A stretch of 64,000 nucleotides of DNA. Origin: Thermoplasmata archaeon (GTDB lineage Archaea; Thermoplasmatota; Thermoplasmata; Lutacidiplasmatales; UBA184). Each line of letters starts with the position of its first letter. Within the stretch, counting starts at the first letter, position 1. The translations under genes were made by a program, and so were the position numbers. The notes under the pieces were generated by a model. That model made no database searches, was not told the DNA's origin, and worked only from the letters and a program-made list of their open reading frames with translations. The stretch covers positions 7,507-71,506 of the forward strand of contig JAKAUN010000012.1 in NCBI GenBank assembly GCA_021817605.1. The letters run 5' to 3'. Of this stretch, positions 19,299 through 29,235 are shown one piece after another.

Positions 19299-19999
19299 TC
19301 ACAGCCTCGGGGAATGACGCTCCAGGAAGGCGAGGACTCTCTTTCACGCGTCCGCACGCGCCTCACGGTGTTCGGCGAACGAGCGGTCGAAGGAGCTCTG
19401 CGGCGCGCCCGGATAGGTGTGGGACTTCACCTCGACGCCACGCTGGCGGACCATAGCGGAGAACTGCTCGAACTCGGCGGGAGGAGTGCCTCGGTCTTCC
19501 CCCGCCATGAGCATCAGGAGCGGCGCCTTCATCTTTGGGCCCACGGACCGACCCGTTCCATCGGTTTCCCGTCGTAGAAACCGATGCGGCCGGCGAGCCC
19601 GAGGTCCTCGGCCGACTGACGCCAGGAATTCGCTCCGCCGAAGCAGAAACCCAAGGCGAAGACCGGCCGTTTTGCCCCCTGTGGGAGGGCGAGACGATCT
19701 ACGGCGGCCCGGACGTCCCGGGCGATCTCTTCCAAAGTCGTCTTCTCGACGTGCGTCTTCCAGTCGAACGACTCGTCCCGCGGAGCTGTCCCGGCGGTTC
19801 GGCCAAAGTAGTCGACGGCGATGCCGCGGCAGCCGGGCTCCGCGAACCGGACGCTGAGGTCCTCGTACCAGGGAGGGAGGCCCCGGACATCCGGGAGGAG
19901 GTCCACGCCCGCGCACGCCGCCCGGGCGGGCGCCGCGTACTAGGCTTGAGATCTGTTGCCGTCGACGGCCGAGAGCTCGAGCGCGAGGTGCTCTCCCAC
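19299..19999 (-). pseudogene. Dienelactone hydrolase-family pseudogene
   Basis: PDVRGL..WY, AVDYFGR, GFCFGG, APLLMLMAGED, YPGAPQSSFDR, then DA*KRVLAFLERH. In-frame TAG (19940-19942), frameshift near 19540 and TGA (19344-19346). Confidence 0.85.
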
Positions 20000-20330
20000 C
20001 GGACCGCGCCCTGGGGGTTCGGGGGCCCTCGAGTCATCAGAGTGGCAGCGGCTCGGGCCGAAGGGGCTGCTCCCCCTCTACGTAACGGAAAACCGGCGGG
20101 GCCGGTCCGTGGCTCCCGCCCCGCCTTCGACCCATGGGCGGCCCCTCCGACCGGGACCGGTCGGGACGCCGGCGGGGGCCGCGAGCGGTTCCCTCCGTCG
20201 GTTCCGCGACGACCGGTGCTTCCGTCCGCACTGTCGCGGGCTCCGCCCCGAGCCGGAACGCGAGCCGCACGGGGGGAGGCGCGAAAGCGTTGGACATAGG
20301 TTCAACTACCGGAAACGACGACTTTGACCC

Positions 20331-20600
20331 GTGCCGACCGCCTTCCGGTGCCCTTCCTGTGGCCGGGGCTACTCCACCCGTTGGCGTTTGAAGCGGCACC
20401 TCCAGACCCACGTTCCGGACCCCTCCACGGCCTTCGCCCTCGCCAGCAGCGCGGTCCGGCTCCCCAGCCCCTCGATCTGGTCCTGCGCCGACTGCTCCCG
20501 GCGGTTCAGCTCGCGGGAGGGCCTGGCCGCGCACGCTCGCCTCACGCGCCATCTGGGGTGGGGCGTCACGCGAGGCACGCCCGAGCCCCAGTTGGTCTAG
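20331..20600 (+). CDS. Small protein with two C2H2 zinc fingers
   Basis: FRCPSCGRGYSTRWRLKRHLQTH and WSCADCSRRFSSREGLAAHARLTRH. Confidence 0.75.
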   Translation: MPTAFRCPSCGRGYSTRWRLKRHLQTHVPDPSTAFALASSAVRLPSPSIWSCADCSRRFSSREGLAAHARLTRHLGWGVTRGTPEPQLV

Positions 20601-21057
20601 CGGAGCCGTTGCCCCCGATACCTTTCTCGCACCCCAGGTCCGACTCCGCTCTCGGCACCGGTGCGCGGATCAAGGGCCCCGGTCGTTGGGGGGGAACGTC
20701 CCGGCTTAGACCGGGCGTCCCACCGCTCTCGAAATTCGTTTCCCTCGTCGGGAGCCGTCGGCGGAGTAGCCAGGCGTTCACCCCCGTGAAGATCCCCCCG
20801 ACCACGATCATGACTCCCCCGGCCCCGAAGAGGATCTGAAGAAGGAGGAACGTGGTTCCGGCGGACGACCCTCCTCCCGTGAGGTTCGACGACTCCTCCC
20901 GCGACACGGCAAACCACCCCACCGCGTAGAGCACGATACCGGCAACGAGGATCCCGAGGCTCACCTTGAGGTCCCGCCGGGTCTGGCGGGAGCTCAGGAC
21001 GATGGAGCTGTTCGGCGCCTGGGCAGGAGCGGCCACGTCCGGCTCCGGGGAGGTCAA
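20566..21057 (-). CDS. Hypothetical 2-TM membrane protein
   Basis: Two hydrophobic segments (VSLGILVAGIVLYAVGWF and FLLLQILFGAGGVMIVVGGIF). Confidence 0.55.
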   Translation of the reverse strand: MTSPEPDVAAPAQAPNSSIVLSSRQTRRDLKVSLGILVAGIVLYAVGWFAVSREESSNLTGGGSSAGTTFLLLQILFGAGGVMIVVGGIFTGVNAWLLRRRLPTRETNFESGGTPGLSRDVPPQRPGPLIRAPVPRAESDLGCEKGIGGNGSARPTGARACLA

Positions 21058-21258
21058 GGAGCACGGGTACTTGGGTTGAAGCTCAGGGCCGGCTCCCGCT
21101 CGATCGGGCGAACCGGTGCCGTCGTCCCCCGGCGCTTGCCGGGTCGCCGCGACCCCCGGGCGGCTAGGAGGGGGTGCCGCTCCGCTCGGCGCGGGATCGA
21201 CGGGGGCCGGGTCCGGCGCAGGCGGTCCACGAGACGGGAACCCTCTCGTGCTCCTCGT

Positions 21259-21588
21259 TCAGGGGACCTCCGCGTCGCTCGTGGAGTCGGTCGCGGTGTA
21301 ACGTGCCCGTCGAAGATCGACTCGAGCGCCACGCAACGGCACCCCTTCCTGGCGGAGCAGCCCGAGCTGTTCCCCTCCCAAGGCGGGCTCGCCGTTGGAG
21401 CGGACCACACGATGCCAGGGGATCTCCTCCCGCGTCGTCGCGAGAACGAAACCTACCCGGCGAGGGGCTCGTCGGTCGATGTCTGCGTAGGTCGACACCC
21501 GCCCGTAGGGGATCTCCCGGACCCGTTCGACCACGAGGGCTTCGAACTCTGCGCGCCGCCGGGGGCGCCGGCCTCGGTCCCGAGGCAT
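21259..21588 (-). CDS. Alkyltransferase-like (ATL/YbaZ) protein, MGMT family
   Basis: IPYGRVSTYADI...PRRVG...IPWHRVVRSNG...QLGLLRQEGV, with Trp instead of the catalytic Cys. Confidence 0.85.
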   Translation of the reverse strand: MPRDRGRRPRRRAEFEALVVERVREIPYGRVSTYADIDRRAPRRVGFVLATTREEIPWHRVVRSNGEPALGGEQLGLLRQEGVPLRGARVDLRRARYTATDSTSDAEVP

Positions 21589-21729
21589 CCCGTGCCGCAG
21601 GCCCGCCGAAGCTTCCCGCTTGCGGAGCCGACCCTGGCCGGGTCCGCGAACGTGGCCGAGCCGGCCAGAGACCGTCGTACGACGTCCACGCCTCATGCAC
21701 GCGGCAGCCGCGCCCGTCGAACGGGGTTC

Positions 21730-22566
21730 CTACTTCACCCGGAGAGCACGGGAGGCGAGCAGCAGGGCAAGACCGCTGAGGGCAAGGGCCCAGCCGAGCA
21801 GCCCGAAGAGGTAGATGTAGGAGGGATACGGGTAGTAGGCCGTCCCGAAGAACGTCTCCCGCATCACGTTCACCGCGAGGGAGATCGGGTTGTAGGCCGT
21901 AATCGACTGCAGCCACCCGGGAGAGGTCCCCTTCGGGAAGAGCGCGTTGGAGGTGAACAGGAGCGGAAGGTTGAGCAGGTTGACCACACCGAAGTAGGAC
22001 TCGGGGCGGGAGAGGAGGAAGCCGAACGACAGGAAGAGCGAGGTGAAGGCGATGGAAAGGACGAGGATCGCCACGAGCACCTCGAGCGCGCCGAGCCAGC
22101 CGACATGCTCGGTCACCGACAGGCCCACCAGTCCGGGCACGTGGGCGAAGACGAGCGAGAGGCCGAGCACGATCAGGATGGGGAGAACGACCAGGAACGA
22201 ATAGAAGAGCAGCTCCGAGAGAAAGATCGTGCTGCGTCGTACCGGCGTGGCGATCGTCCGCTGGAGGATCCCGAGCTGCTTGTCGAAGATCACGCCCGTG
22301 CCCGAGAAGAGCGCCGAGGTGACGGCGACCATCCCGACCATGCCGAGGGCGAAGTAGGAGAAGTAGTCCGGGGCCCCCTGGATCGCGGACCTCAGCCCGG
22401 CCTGGGCTAGGGGGTTGGCCGGAACGAGCTTGCCGAGGTCGAAGGCCTGCCCGAAAAGCAGGAGGTAGAGGAGCGGGGTGAGCAGCCCCGCGACGATCCA
22501 GGTGGGGGCTCGCGTCCAGCGCACGAACCGTCGCCGGAGCAGGGCTCCGAGCCCCTGCAGCATCAC
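21730..22566 (-). CDS. ABC-2 type exporter permease
   Basis: Six-TM pattern, DYFSYFALG, PLLFTSNALFP, NPISLAVNVMR. Confidence 0.9.
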   Translation of the reverse strand: MMLQGLGALLRRRFVRWTRAPTWIVAGLLTPLLYLLLFGQAFDLGKLVPANPLAQAGLRSAIQGAPDYFSYFALGMVGMVAVTSALFSGTGVIFDKQLGILQRTIATPVRRSTIFLSELLFYSFLVVLPILIVLGLSLVFAHVPGLVGLSVTEHVGWLGALEVLVAILVLSIAFTSLFLSFGFLLSRPESYFGVVNLLNLPLLFTSNALFPKGTSPGWLQSITAYNPISLAVNVMRETFFGTAYYPYPSYIYLFGLLGWALALSGLALLLASRALRVK

Positions 22567-23570
22567 TAGCCGCCCCTCCTCGGCGTGAAGGCCGAGCTGG
22601 ACGACGCGCGCCCCTCGTCGTAGCCTTCCTCCCGGTACGCCCGGCCCGTCAGCCCGAGGAAGACCCGATCGAGGCTCGGCCGGAGGACCCGGATGCCCTC
22701 GACGGCGACCCCGGCCCGGTCGCAGGCCTTGACGAGGGAGGGTACCAGGGTCTCTCCCCGCGGGGTCTTCACGTGGTAGACGCTTCCGTCCCGCGTGACC
22801 TCCCGTGCCCCGTCGACCGCGGTAAGCTCCCCGGTGAGGTCGGGGGCACCGGCGGCGAGGCGCACCTCGACCTCGTCGCCTCCGACCCGCTCCTTGAGGG
22901 CGTCGTTGGTTCCCATCGCCACGATCTTCCCGTGGTCGATGATCGCCACGCGCTCGCAGAGGTTCTCGACCTCGTCGAGATAGTGGGTCGTCATGAAGAT
23001 CGTCACCTGCTTTTCCTTGCGGAGCCGCTGGATGTACTCCCAGAAGCCGGCACGGCCCTGAGGGTCGAGGCCGATCGTCGGCTCGTCCAAAAAGAGGATC
23101 TGGGGCGTGTGCACCACCGCTACGGCCAGCTCGAGGCGGCGCTTCATCCCTCCCGAGTAGCCTTTCACCCGTCGGTCGGCGGCGTCAGCGAGGTCCATGC
23201 TAGCGAGCAGGTCGTCGATCTGGGCACGGGCCTCGCGCAGGGACATGCCGAAGAGTCCCGCGGCGAGTTCCATGTTCTCCCTGCCGGTGAGTTCCCCGTC
23301 CGCGGTGGAGTCCTGGAAGACGAGGCCGATGCGGCTGCGCACCTCGCGCGGACGCGTCGCCACGTCGATCCCCGCGACCAGCGCCCGCCCGCTCGTCGGC
23401 CGCAGGAGGGTGGTCAGCATGGAGATGGTCGTCGTCTTTCCCGCACCGTTCGGCCCGAGAAAGCCGAAAAGCTCCCCCGAGCCCACGGAGAACGAGATCC
23501 CCTGGACCGCGCGGACGCCCCCGGGGTAGACCTTCTCGAGGTGCTCGACTCCGATCGCTTCTTCCGCCAT
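22566..23570 (-). CDS. ABC exporter ATP-binding protein (DrrA-like)
   Basis: GPNGAGKTT, YSGGMKRRLE, LFLDEPT, TTHYLDE, PSLDRVFLGLTG. Confidence 0.93.
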   Translation of the reverse strand: MAEEAIGVEHLEKVYPGGVRAVQGISFSVGSGELFGFLGPNGAGKTTTISMLTTLLRPTSGRALVAGIDVATRPREVRSRIGLVFQDSTADGELTGRENMELAAGLFGMSLREARAQIDDLLASMDLADAADRRVKGYSGGMKRRLELAVAVVHTPQILFLDEPTIGLDPQGRAGFWEYIQRLRKEKQVTIFMTTHYLDEVENLCERVAIIDHGKIVAMGTNDALKERVGGDEVEVRLAAGAPDLTGELTAVDGAREVTRDGSVYHVKTPRGETLVPSLVKACDRAGVAVEGIRVLRPSLDRVFLGLTGRAYREEGYDEGRASSSSAFTPRRGG

Positions 23571-23596
23571 GGAACTGCTGAGAGCTTAGGTTCGGC

Positions 23597-23624
23597 CTAG
23601 CTCCGGGCCCATTTTAGGAGCTAG
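23597..23624 (-). promoter_or_regulatory. 8-bp inverted repeat enclosing a TATA-like box upstream of the ABC operon
   Basis: CTAGCTCC-N12-GGAGCTAG, with the spacer reading TAAAAT on the minus strand. Confidence 0.4.
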
Positions 23625-23788
23625 AACCGCCCCCAGGAGGATTGGGCTGGGTTTGGCACTACGCGAGACACCTCGCCAGGAGGGCGACCGCTCGACCCCG
23701 CCGCGCCGAGCGGCCTCGCCGCGCCGGCTCTGAAGGGGTCTCTCGGCGGTCCTGCCGCCTCTCGCGAGGCCACGCCGCGAGGGCCGTC

Positions 23789-25111
23789 TCAGCCGCGTTC
23801 AGGGCGGCGGGTCTCGGCCGCGGGGAGCGCTCTGCCCGGCACGGCCTTTTGCTCCCTGCGCCGTCGCTCTGTCCGCCGGAGGCGGAGGAACCCCAGGGCG
23901 ACGGCGACCGAGAGAGAGAACATCCCGACCCAGAGGAACTCGGGGCCGGAGGTCCCGAGCCCGAGGAGCAGGGTCCCGAGGACGGGGGCGATCAGACGCG
24001 AGGCGTTGGTCGCGGCGTTGTACGCCCCGAAGTAGCTCCCCCGACGCTCGGGACCGGAGAAGCCGGCCACCAGCGACTGTTGCGTCGGGCTCACGATGTC
24101 CTCGCCGACCGTGAGAACGCCCATCGCCAGAAGGTAGGCGGGGAACACGTGGGCGAGGTCGAACAGGAGGAACGAGGTTCCGTAGGTCAAGGTCCCACCG
24201 GCCATGAAGGCGAGGTGGTCGCGGCGCACGTCGATGAGGCGGGCGAACGGCAGTTGCAGCAGCACCACGAGGGCGCCGTTGAGCGAGTAGATGAGTCCGA
24301 ACTCGCTGTACGGGACGCTCCGGACGGAACCTAGGAAGAGCGCGAGAGGGGTCCCGAACTGGTTCATCAGCACGGCGAGCCCCGCGAAGCCGACGAGCAG
24401 CCAGGCAAACGGTCGGTCGAGAAAGGGGGCGACAACGCGGGCCAGGGCGTGCCCCCCGGCGCTTCCGCGGCCGGCGAAGGTTTCCCGCAGCATCACGAGC
24501 AACAGGCCCCCCTCCACGAGCGAGGTGAGCGCCGCGAAGAGGAACAGGGAGGGAAGCCCCGCGTAGGTCGCGAGGAGCCCTCCGATGGCCGGCGAGATCG
24601 CAAAACCGGTGTTGGTGAACACTCTCTGGACCCCGAAGGCGGTGACCGCGAGGTCGGGGGTTGTGATGTCGCCGATCATCGCGCTCTGGGCTGGCCGCGT
24701 GAGCCCGCCCAGGAACGAGTTCATCGCCCAGAGGACCATGACGATCGGGACGCCGCGGTCGAGGTTGAGCCAGAGGAGCACGAGCACCCCGACGCTCACG
24801 AAGCTCGGGTAGATGGCGAACGGCCGGCGGCCGTACCGGTCGGAAAGCTGGCCCCCTAGCAGGAACGAGAACGTGCCTACGGGGACGATCGCGGCGATGA
24901 GCCCGCCGATGAGGAGATAGGAAAGGTGGTAGACGTTCGCGAAGACCAGCGGCAGGAAGACAAAGGTCGCCGAGCGGCCGATGCTGCGCACCATCCCGGC
25001 GCTGCCGAGCAGGTAGACCCGCCGGTCAAGGCCAAGGACGGCGGCCCACGACTGCGAGCGTGCCACGCCCGTCGGAGGGGGGCGCCGTCTTGGAGGTTGC
25101 GGAAGGCCCAT
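23789..25111 (-). CDS. MFS transporter
   Basis: GQLSDRYGRRP motif A, about 12 TM, ERRGSYFG. Confidence 0.9.
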   Translation of the reverse strand: MGLPQPPRRRPPPTGVARSQSWAAVLGLDRRVYLLGSAGMVRSIGRSATFVFLPLVFANVYHLSYLLIGGLIAAIVPVGTFSFLLGGQLSDRYGRRPFAIYPSFVSVGVLVLLWLNLDRGVPIVMVLWAMNSFLGGLTRPAQSAMIGDITTPDLAVTAFGVQRVFTNTGFAISPAIGGLLATYAGLPSLFLFAALTSLVEGGLLLVMLRETFAGRGSAGGHALARVVAPFLDRPFAWLLVGFAGLAVLMNQFGTPLALFLGSVRSVPYSEFGLIYSLNGALVVLLQLPFARLIDVRRDHLAFMAGGTLTYGTSFLLFDLAHVFPAYLLAMGVLTVGEDIVSPTQQSLVAGFSGPERRGSYFGAYNAATNASRLIAPVLGTLLLGLGTSGPEFLWVGMFSLSVAVALGFLRLRRTERRRREQKAVPGRALPAAETRRPERG

Positions 25112-25160
25112 GACGCTCCCGCCGTGCGGCGGGCCCGGCGTTGGGGGAAAGAGACCCTCC

Positions 25161-25472
25161 TCAGAACGGCAGGGTGAACGGCGGCCGTCGCGAGAGGCCG
25201 TAGGCGACCAGGTAGGCGAAGAACCCGAGGAACGGCGCGGTCGCCTGGAGGGCGCTGCGCACCCACATCCGCGTGACCCGGCGCGAGAGGACGAGGGCCG
25301 AGATGAGCGTGGGGCCCTCCACGATGCCGAGCCCGATGCCGAAGATCGCCACGGCGCTGACGCCCAAAAAGGCGGAGAGCCACGGGGTGGCGGTCTGCAC
25401 GCTCCAGCCGAAGAGGAGGCCGATGAGCAGAGAGCTCGCTACGACAAGACCCGATCGGGAACGCTCGGCCAT
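25161..25472 (-). CDS. Small hypothetical membrane protein
   Basis: 103 aa, mostly hydrophobic, co-oriented with the MFS gene. Confidence 0.6.
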   Translation of the reverse strand: MAERSRSGLVVASSLLIGLLFGWSVQTATPWLSAFLGVSAVAIFGIGLGIVEGPTLISALVLSRRVTRMWVRSALQATAPFLGFFAYLVAYGLSRRPPFTLPF

Positions 25473-25869
25473 GGCTACAGCCCCCGGTCTCCGAAGGCAG
25501 CGGAGGAAGGAACGCAGCCCTGCTTGTTACTATCGCCGACGCTCCCTCCCGGCGAGGTCGGCGGGGGCTCACGACGCGGGGGGCCTCACCGCGAGGAGGA
25601 GGAGCGAGCCTCCGCCTCCCTGGAAGACCGAAGCGACCTCCTCCGGCAGATGTGCCTGCCGCGCGTAGGGCCGGAAATCCGGCTCGTCGGCCCGCACCTC
25701 GGAGAATCCCGCGTCTCGCGCGAGCTCGTCCGGCGCATAGAAGCGCGAGCGCGAGGAGAAGAGCGCGGGGGACGCTAGGGATCCGCGACGCCCGTGAGGG
25801 CTCTGCTCCAAAAAGTCCTTAACTCGGCCGCAGGGCTTTTTCCCTTCGGACCCCACCGAGGGAGGACCC

Positions 25870-26481
25870 GTGGTCTTCGAGAAGTCCGAGATCTGGAGCT
25901 TCGAGGCACCGTCGGCCCCCGAGCTCCTCACGGCCGCCTCGGGGTTCTGGACCCAGAGAGGTTACAGCCTGCAGTCGACGAGTGCCACGAGCTTTCGGGG
26001 GCGCTCGTTCCACTCCACCCTCGGCATCCATCGCGTCCTCGACCTGGTGGTAACGCCCTCCGGGACCGGGGCGGTGGTCCATCTCCGCTATCGCGCCGAT
26101 GTCCGGCCCGAGGTCGCCGCGGGCGGTGCCGTCGTGGCCGTGCTCCTGTTGCCTCTCGCGGTGGTGGGCGCAGCGATCTCCTGGCACGAGTACGAGTCGG
26201 ACTGGTCCAGGGAGCGGTGGGATTTCTGGAACTTCCTGGTGAGCGGGGTCAAGGCCCAACCTCTGGCCGCCGCTTCCTCCGCTCCCCTAGCCCCGAGCGA
26301 AGGCTCGGCGCCACCGCCTCCTCCGCCCCCGCCCGGAGCCGTCGCGGGCGCGGCGCCCGCATCGGGGAGCCCGACCGCTTCGGCCTGCCCTGCGTGCGGA
26401 GCGGCGGCGACGGGCCAGGGGAGATTCTGCTCTTCCTGCGGGACGGCCATCCCGGCCCGGTCACCCCCGGCGACCTCCTAG
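25870..26481 (+). CDS. Membrane-associated protein with C-terminal zinc ribbon
   Basis: Hydrophobic segment, Pro-rich linker, CPACG...FCSSCG. Confidence 0.75.
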   Translation: MVFEKSEIWSFEAPSAPELLTAASGFWTQRGYSLQSTSATSFRGRSFHSTLGIHRVLDLVVTPSGTGAVVHLRYRADVRPEVAAGGAVVAVLLLPLAVVGAAISWHEYESDWSRERWDFWNFLVSGVKAQPLAAASSAPLAPSEGSAPPPPPPPPGAVAGAAPASGSPTASACPACGAAATGQGRFCSSCGTAIPARSPPATS

Positions 26482-26659
26482 CGATCTCCTGCGGCTCGAA
26501 CTCGTCAGGGCTCGCCGCCGTTCACGGCATGGTCGGCGTCCTGCGCGAATCCCGCCGCGTGCCGGAGCGCGGGGGGACCCAAGGCGCTCTGCGGCGGCCC
26601 CCGACTTCGGCCGAGAGCGATAGATAGCCGCCGGTCTCCGAGATAGGATCGAGATCCCG

Positions 26660-27454
26660 ATGGCCCCGGTACACGTTCCGATCTTCCACGTGGATGCCTT
26701 CGCGACCCGGCGGTTCGCCGGGAACCCTGCCGCGGTCCTGGTTCTCGAGGAGTTTCTGCCCGACGCGGTCCTCCAGTCGCTCGCCGGTGAGAACAACCTC
26801 TCGGAGACGGCCTTTCTGGTCCCCGAAGGAGGGGAGTACCGACTGCGATGGTTCACGCCTACCACCGAGGTCTCGCTCTGCGGGCATGCCACGCTCGCGA
26901 GCGCGGCAGTCGTGCTCGGCCGCCTGGAGCCGGGCCGGGCCGAAGTGACCTTCCGGACGAAGAGCGGGCCGCTCGGCGTCCGACGTTCGGGGACGCAGTA
27001 CGCCATGGAGCTGCCCGCCCGACCGGTGAGCCGGATAGATCCGCCCGCGGGCCTAGCGAAGGCCCTCGGCGCCGCTCCCACGGAGGTCTGGGAGAATCCC
27101 TACGACCTCCTGGCCGTCTTCGCGACAGCGCGCGAGGTCCGCACCCTCGCGCCGGAGATGTCGGCCGTCGCCTCTCTCGAACGCCCGGGGCTGATCGCGA
27201 CCGCTCCCGGCGAGCCACCGTACGATCTGGTGAGCCGCTACTTTGCCCCGGCGCAGGGCATCCCCGAGGACCCGGTCACGGGCGCGGCTCACTGCGCCCT
27301 CGTACCGTACTGGGCCGAGCGCTTAGGGAGGAGCCGACTCCGCGCTTACCAGGCCTCCCGTCGAGGGGGGGAGCTGCTCGGCTCGCTCGAGGGGAGCCGG
27401 GTCACCCTGGAGGGAGCCTGCACCTTCTACCTCGAAGGGCACGTCGAGATCTGA
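26660..27454 (+). CDS. PhzF-family isomerase
   Basis: VDAFATRRFAGNPAAV, NLSETAF, EVSLCGHATLA, EDPVTGAAHC. Confidence 0.93.
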   Translation: MAPVHVPIFHVDAFATRRFAGNPAAVLVLEEFLPDAVLQSLAGENNLSETAFLVPEGGEYRLRWFTPTTEVSLCGHATLASAAVVLGRLEPGRAEVTFRTKSGPLGVRRSGTQYAMELPARPVSRIDPPAGLAKALGAAPTEVWENPYDLLAVFATAREVRTLAPEMSAVASLERPGLIATAPGEPPYDLVSRYFAPAQGIPEDPVTGAAHCALVPYWAERLGRSRLRAYQASRRGGELLGSLEGSRVTLEGACTFYLEGHVEI

Positions 27455-27535
27455 CAAGGTAGCCCCCGACACCGACCGGGGGCCCTGGGGAGGGTCCGGA
27501 ACGCCTCCCCTCGGCATCGGCAGAAGGAAGTAGGG

Positions 27536-28822
27536 ATGCCAACCCTCTCTTCGGGCAAGACCATGACCGGTTCCATCGACCGCCGGCAAGCCATCCCTCT
27601 CCTCGTCGGGGTGGCACTCCTTGCCATCTCCCCGCTCCCCTGGGCGGGCGCTCTCCCCGGTCCCGCCCTGACCTCCCTAGCTCCTTACCCCCTTCCCCTT
27701 CACAATGGGGTAGCGGGCTCGAGGCCTGTCGCCCCGTCCGCCCTCACCCCCTCGGGCGCGACCGCTGCGGCCACGGACGCGAATCTCTCCGTTCCCGTGG
27801 GATCCGAGCCGGTCGGCATCGTTGCCGACCCCTCCGACGGGCAGGTCTACGTCGTGAACTACGGCTCGGGCAACGTCACGGTGATCAGCGACGCGACCGA
27901 GCACGTGGTCGTCGCTTCGCTCCCCGTTGGCACCTTCCCTTGGGGCGCAGCCCTCGATGCGACCCACGACGTCGTCTACGTGGCGAACGGGGGGTCGAAC
28001 GACCTGACCATGCTCCGGGCGGGCAGCTCGCCCGCCGTGATCGGCTCGGTGCCGGTCGGCACATCTCCGGTTGCCCTGGCCGTTGACCCGGTCCACGGTC
28101 AGCTATTCGTCACGAACGGCGGCTCCGACAACCTCACCGTCGTCGCCACCACGACCGGGAAGGTCTCCGTGCCCTCGATCCCCGTCGGCCTCGGGCCGGA
28201 CGGGATCGCCTACGACCCGTTGAACGGCTACCTCTACGTCGCGAACGGCGGGGGCCGCAACCTCACGGTCGTCAACAGCGCGACCGACAAGGTGGTGCTG
28301 CCGTCCCTGAAGGTGGGGGCCAACCCTTCGGCCGTCGTCTTCGATCCGGCCAACGGGCAGCTCTACGTCGCCAACAGCGGCTCCAATGACGTGACGGTAG
28401 TGAACGGCACCTCGAACACGGTTGCCGTCGCCGCGATCCCGGTCGGACTGGCCCCCGAAGGCCTCGCCTTCGACAGCGCGAACGGCAACGTCTACGTGGC
28501 CGACACCAACTCCGGCAACGTCACGGTGATCGACGGGGCCACCAACCAGGTGGTCGCCGAGCTCTCGGTGGGGCAGGCGCCGTTCCAGGTCGCGTTCGAC
28601 AGCGCGAACGGGCTCGTCTACGTCACCGACGAGGGGTCCGACGCCGTGAAGGTGCTCGGTGTCGCGGCCCCGGGAGGGCAGACCCAGGGGCCTAAGGCGG
28701 CGCCCCCGCCCCTCCCCTGGCTGCCGCTGTTCCTCGTGGGAGCGGGAGCGGTGGCCGCGGCCGTCGTCGCGCGGGGGCTCCTCCGCCGGACCGCCCACCC
28801 CCCTCCCTCCTCTCCGCCGTAG
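27536..28822 (+). CDS. YVTN/YncE beta-propeller surface protein with C-terminal membrane anchor
   Basis: Seven repeats of VG..P.GIA.DP.NG.LYVAN.GS.NVTV, signal peptide, C-terminal TM plus RR. Confidence 0.9.
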   Translation: MPTLSSGKTMTGSIDRRQAIPLLVGVALLAISPLPWAGALPGPALTSLAPYPLPLHNGVAGSRPVAPSALTPSGATAAATDANLSVPVGSEPVGIVADPSDGQVYVVNYGSGNVTVISDATEHVVVASLPVGTFPWGAALDATHDVVYVANGGSNDLTMLRAGSSPAVIGSVPVGTSPVALAVDPVHGQLFVTNGGSDNLTVVATTTGKVSVPSIPVGLGPDGIAYDPLNGYLYVANGGGRNLTVVNSATDKVVLPSLKVGANPSAVVFDPANGQLYVANSGSNDVTVVNGTSNTVAVAAIPVGLAPEGLAFDSANGNVYVADTNSGNVTVIDGATNQVVAELSVGQAPFQVAFDSANGLVYVTDEGSDAVKVLGVAAPGGQTQGPKAAPPPLPWLPLFLVGAGAVAAAVVARGLLRRTAHPPPSSPP

Positions 28823-28890
28823 CCACGGCGTCGGGAGCGGTGGGGTCCCTACCGACTGCTACGACAGTCCTCGTCGGGACCCCCAAGGGC

Positions 28891-29169
28891 TCACGTCGGG
28901 CGCAGGCCCTCCGGGCTCGCGGGCGGCCCGCGGCGGCGGCGCCACCAGCCGACGGCGAGAAGGAGAGCGGCTGCCCCTCCGAAAACCACGGCCTCGATCG
29001 CCCCCGTCCCGGCGAGCGGGGTGCCCGACGTGAGCACGAGAAGGCCGAAGCCGGCGGCGAGCACCGAAGCGCCGAGGGCAAGTACGAGCCTCGCCGGCAG
29101 GGGTCCCGGACGCCCTCCGAGCAGCACGCCGCGTAGCAAGGTCGATGCGGGCCCACGAGTCCGCGGCAT
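28891..29169 (-). CDS. Small hypothetical 2-TM protein
   Basis: Two hydrophobic helices followed by WWRRRR. Confidence 0.5.
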   Translation of the reverse strand: MPRTRGPASTLLRGVLLGGRPGPLPARLVLALGASVLAAGFGLLVLTSGTPLAGTGAIEAVVFGGAAALLLAVGWWRRRRGPPASPEGLRPT

Positions 29170-29235
29170 GTAAACGTCGACGGGAGGAGCGTCGGCGGAT
29201 CGACCCGGGGCATCCGCCGGGAGGGACGAGCAAGC

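Noticed and set aside
19299-19999. In-frame TAG/TGA as pyrrolysine or selenocysteine recoding
   Set aside because: The same gene also has a frameshift and has lost its catalytic His, and the TGA sits where Trp is expected.
23586-23604. TTAGGTTCGGCCTAG as a DtxR/IdeR box
   Set aside because: Only a partial match, with wrong half-site spacing, and the downstream genes are not metal-uptake genes.
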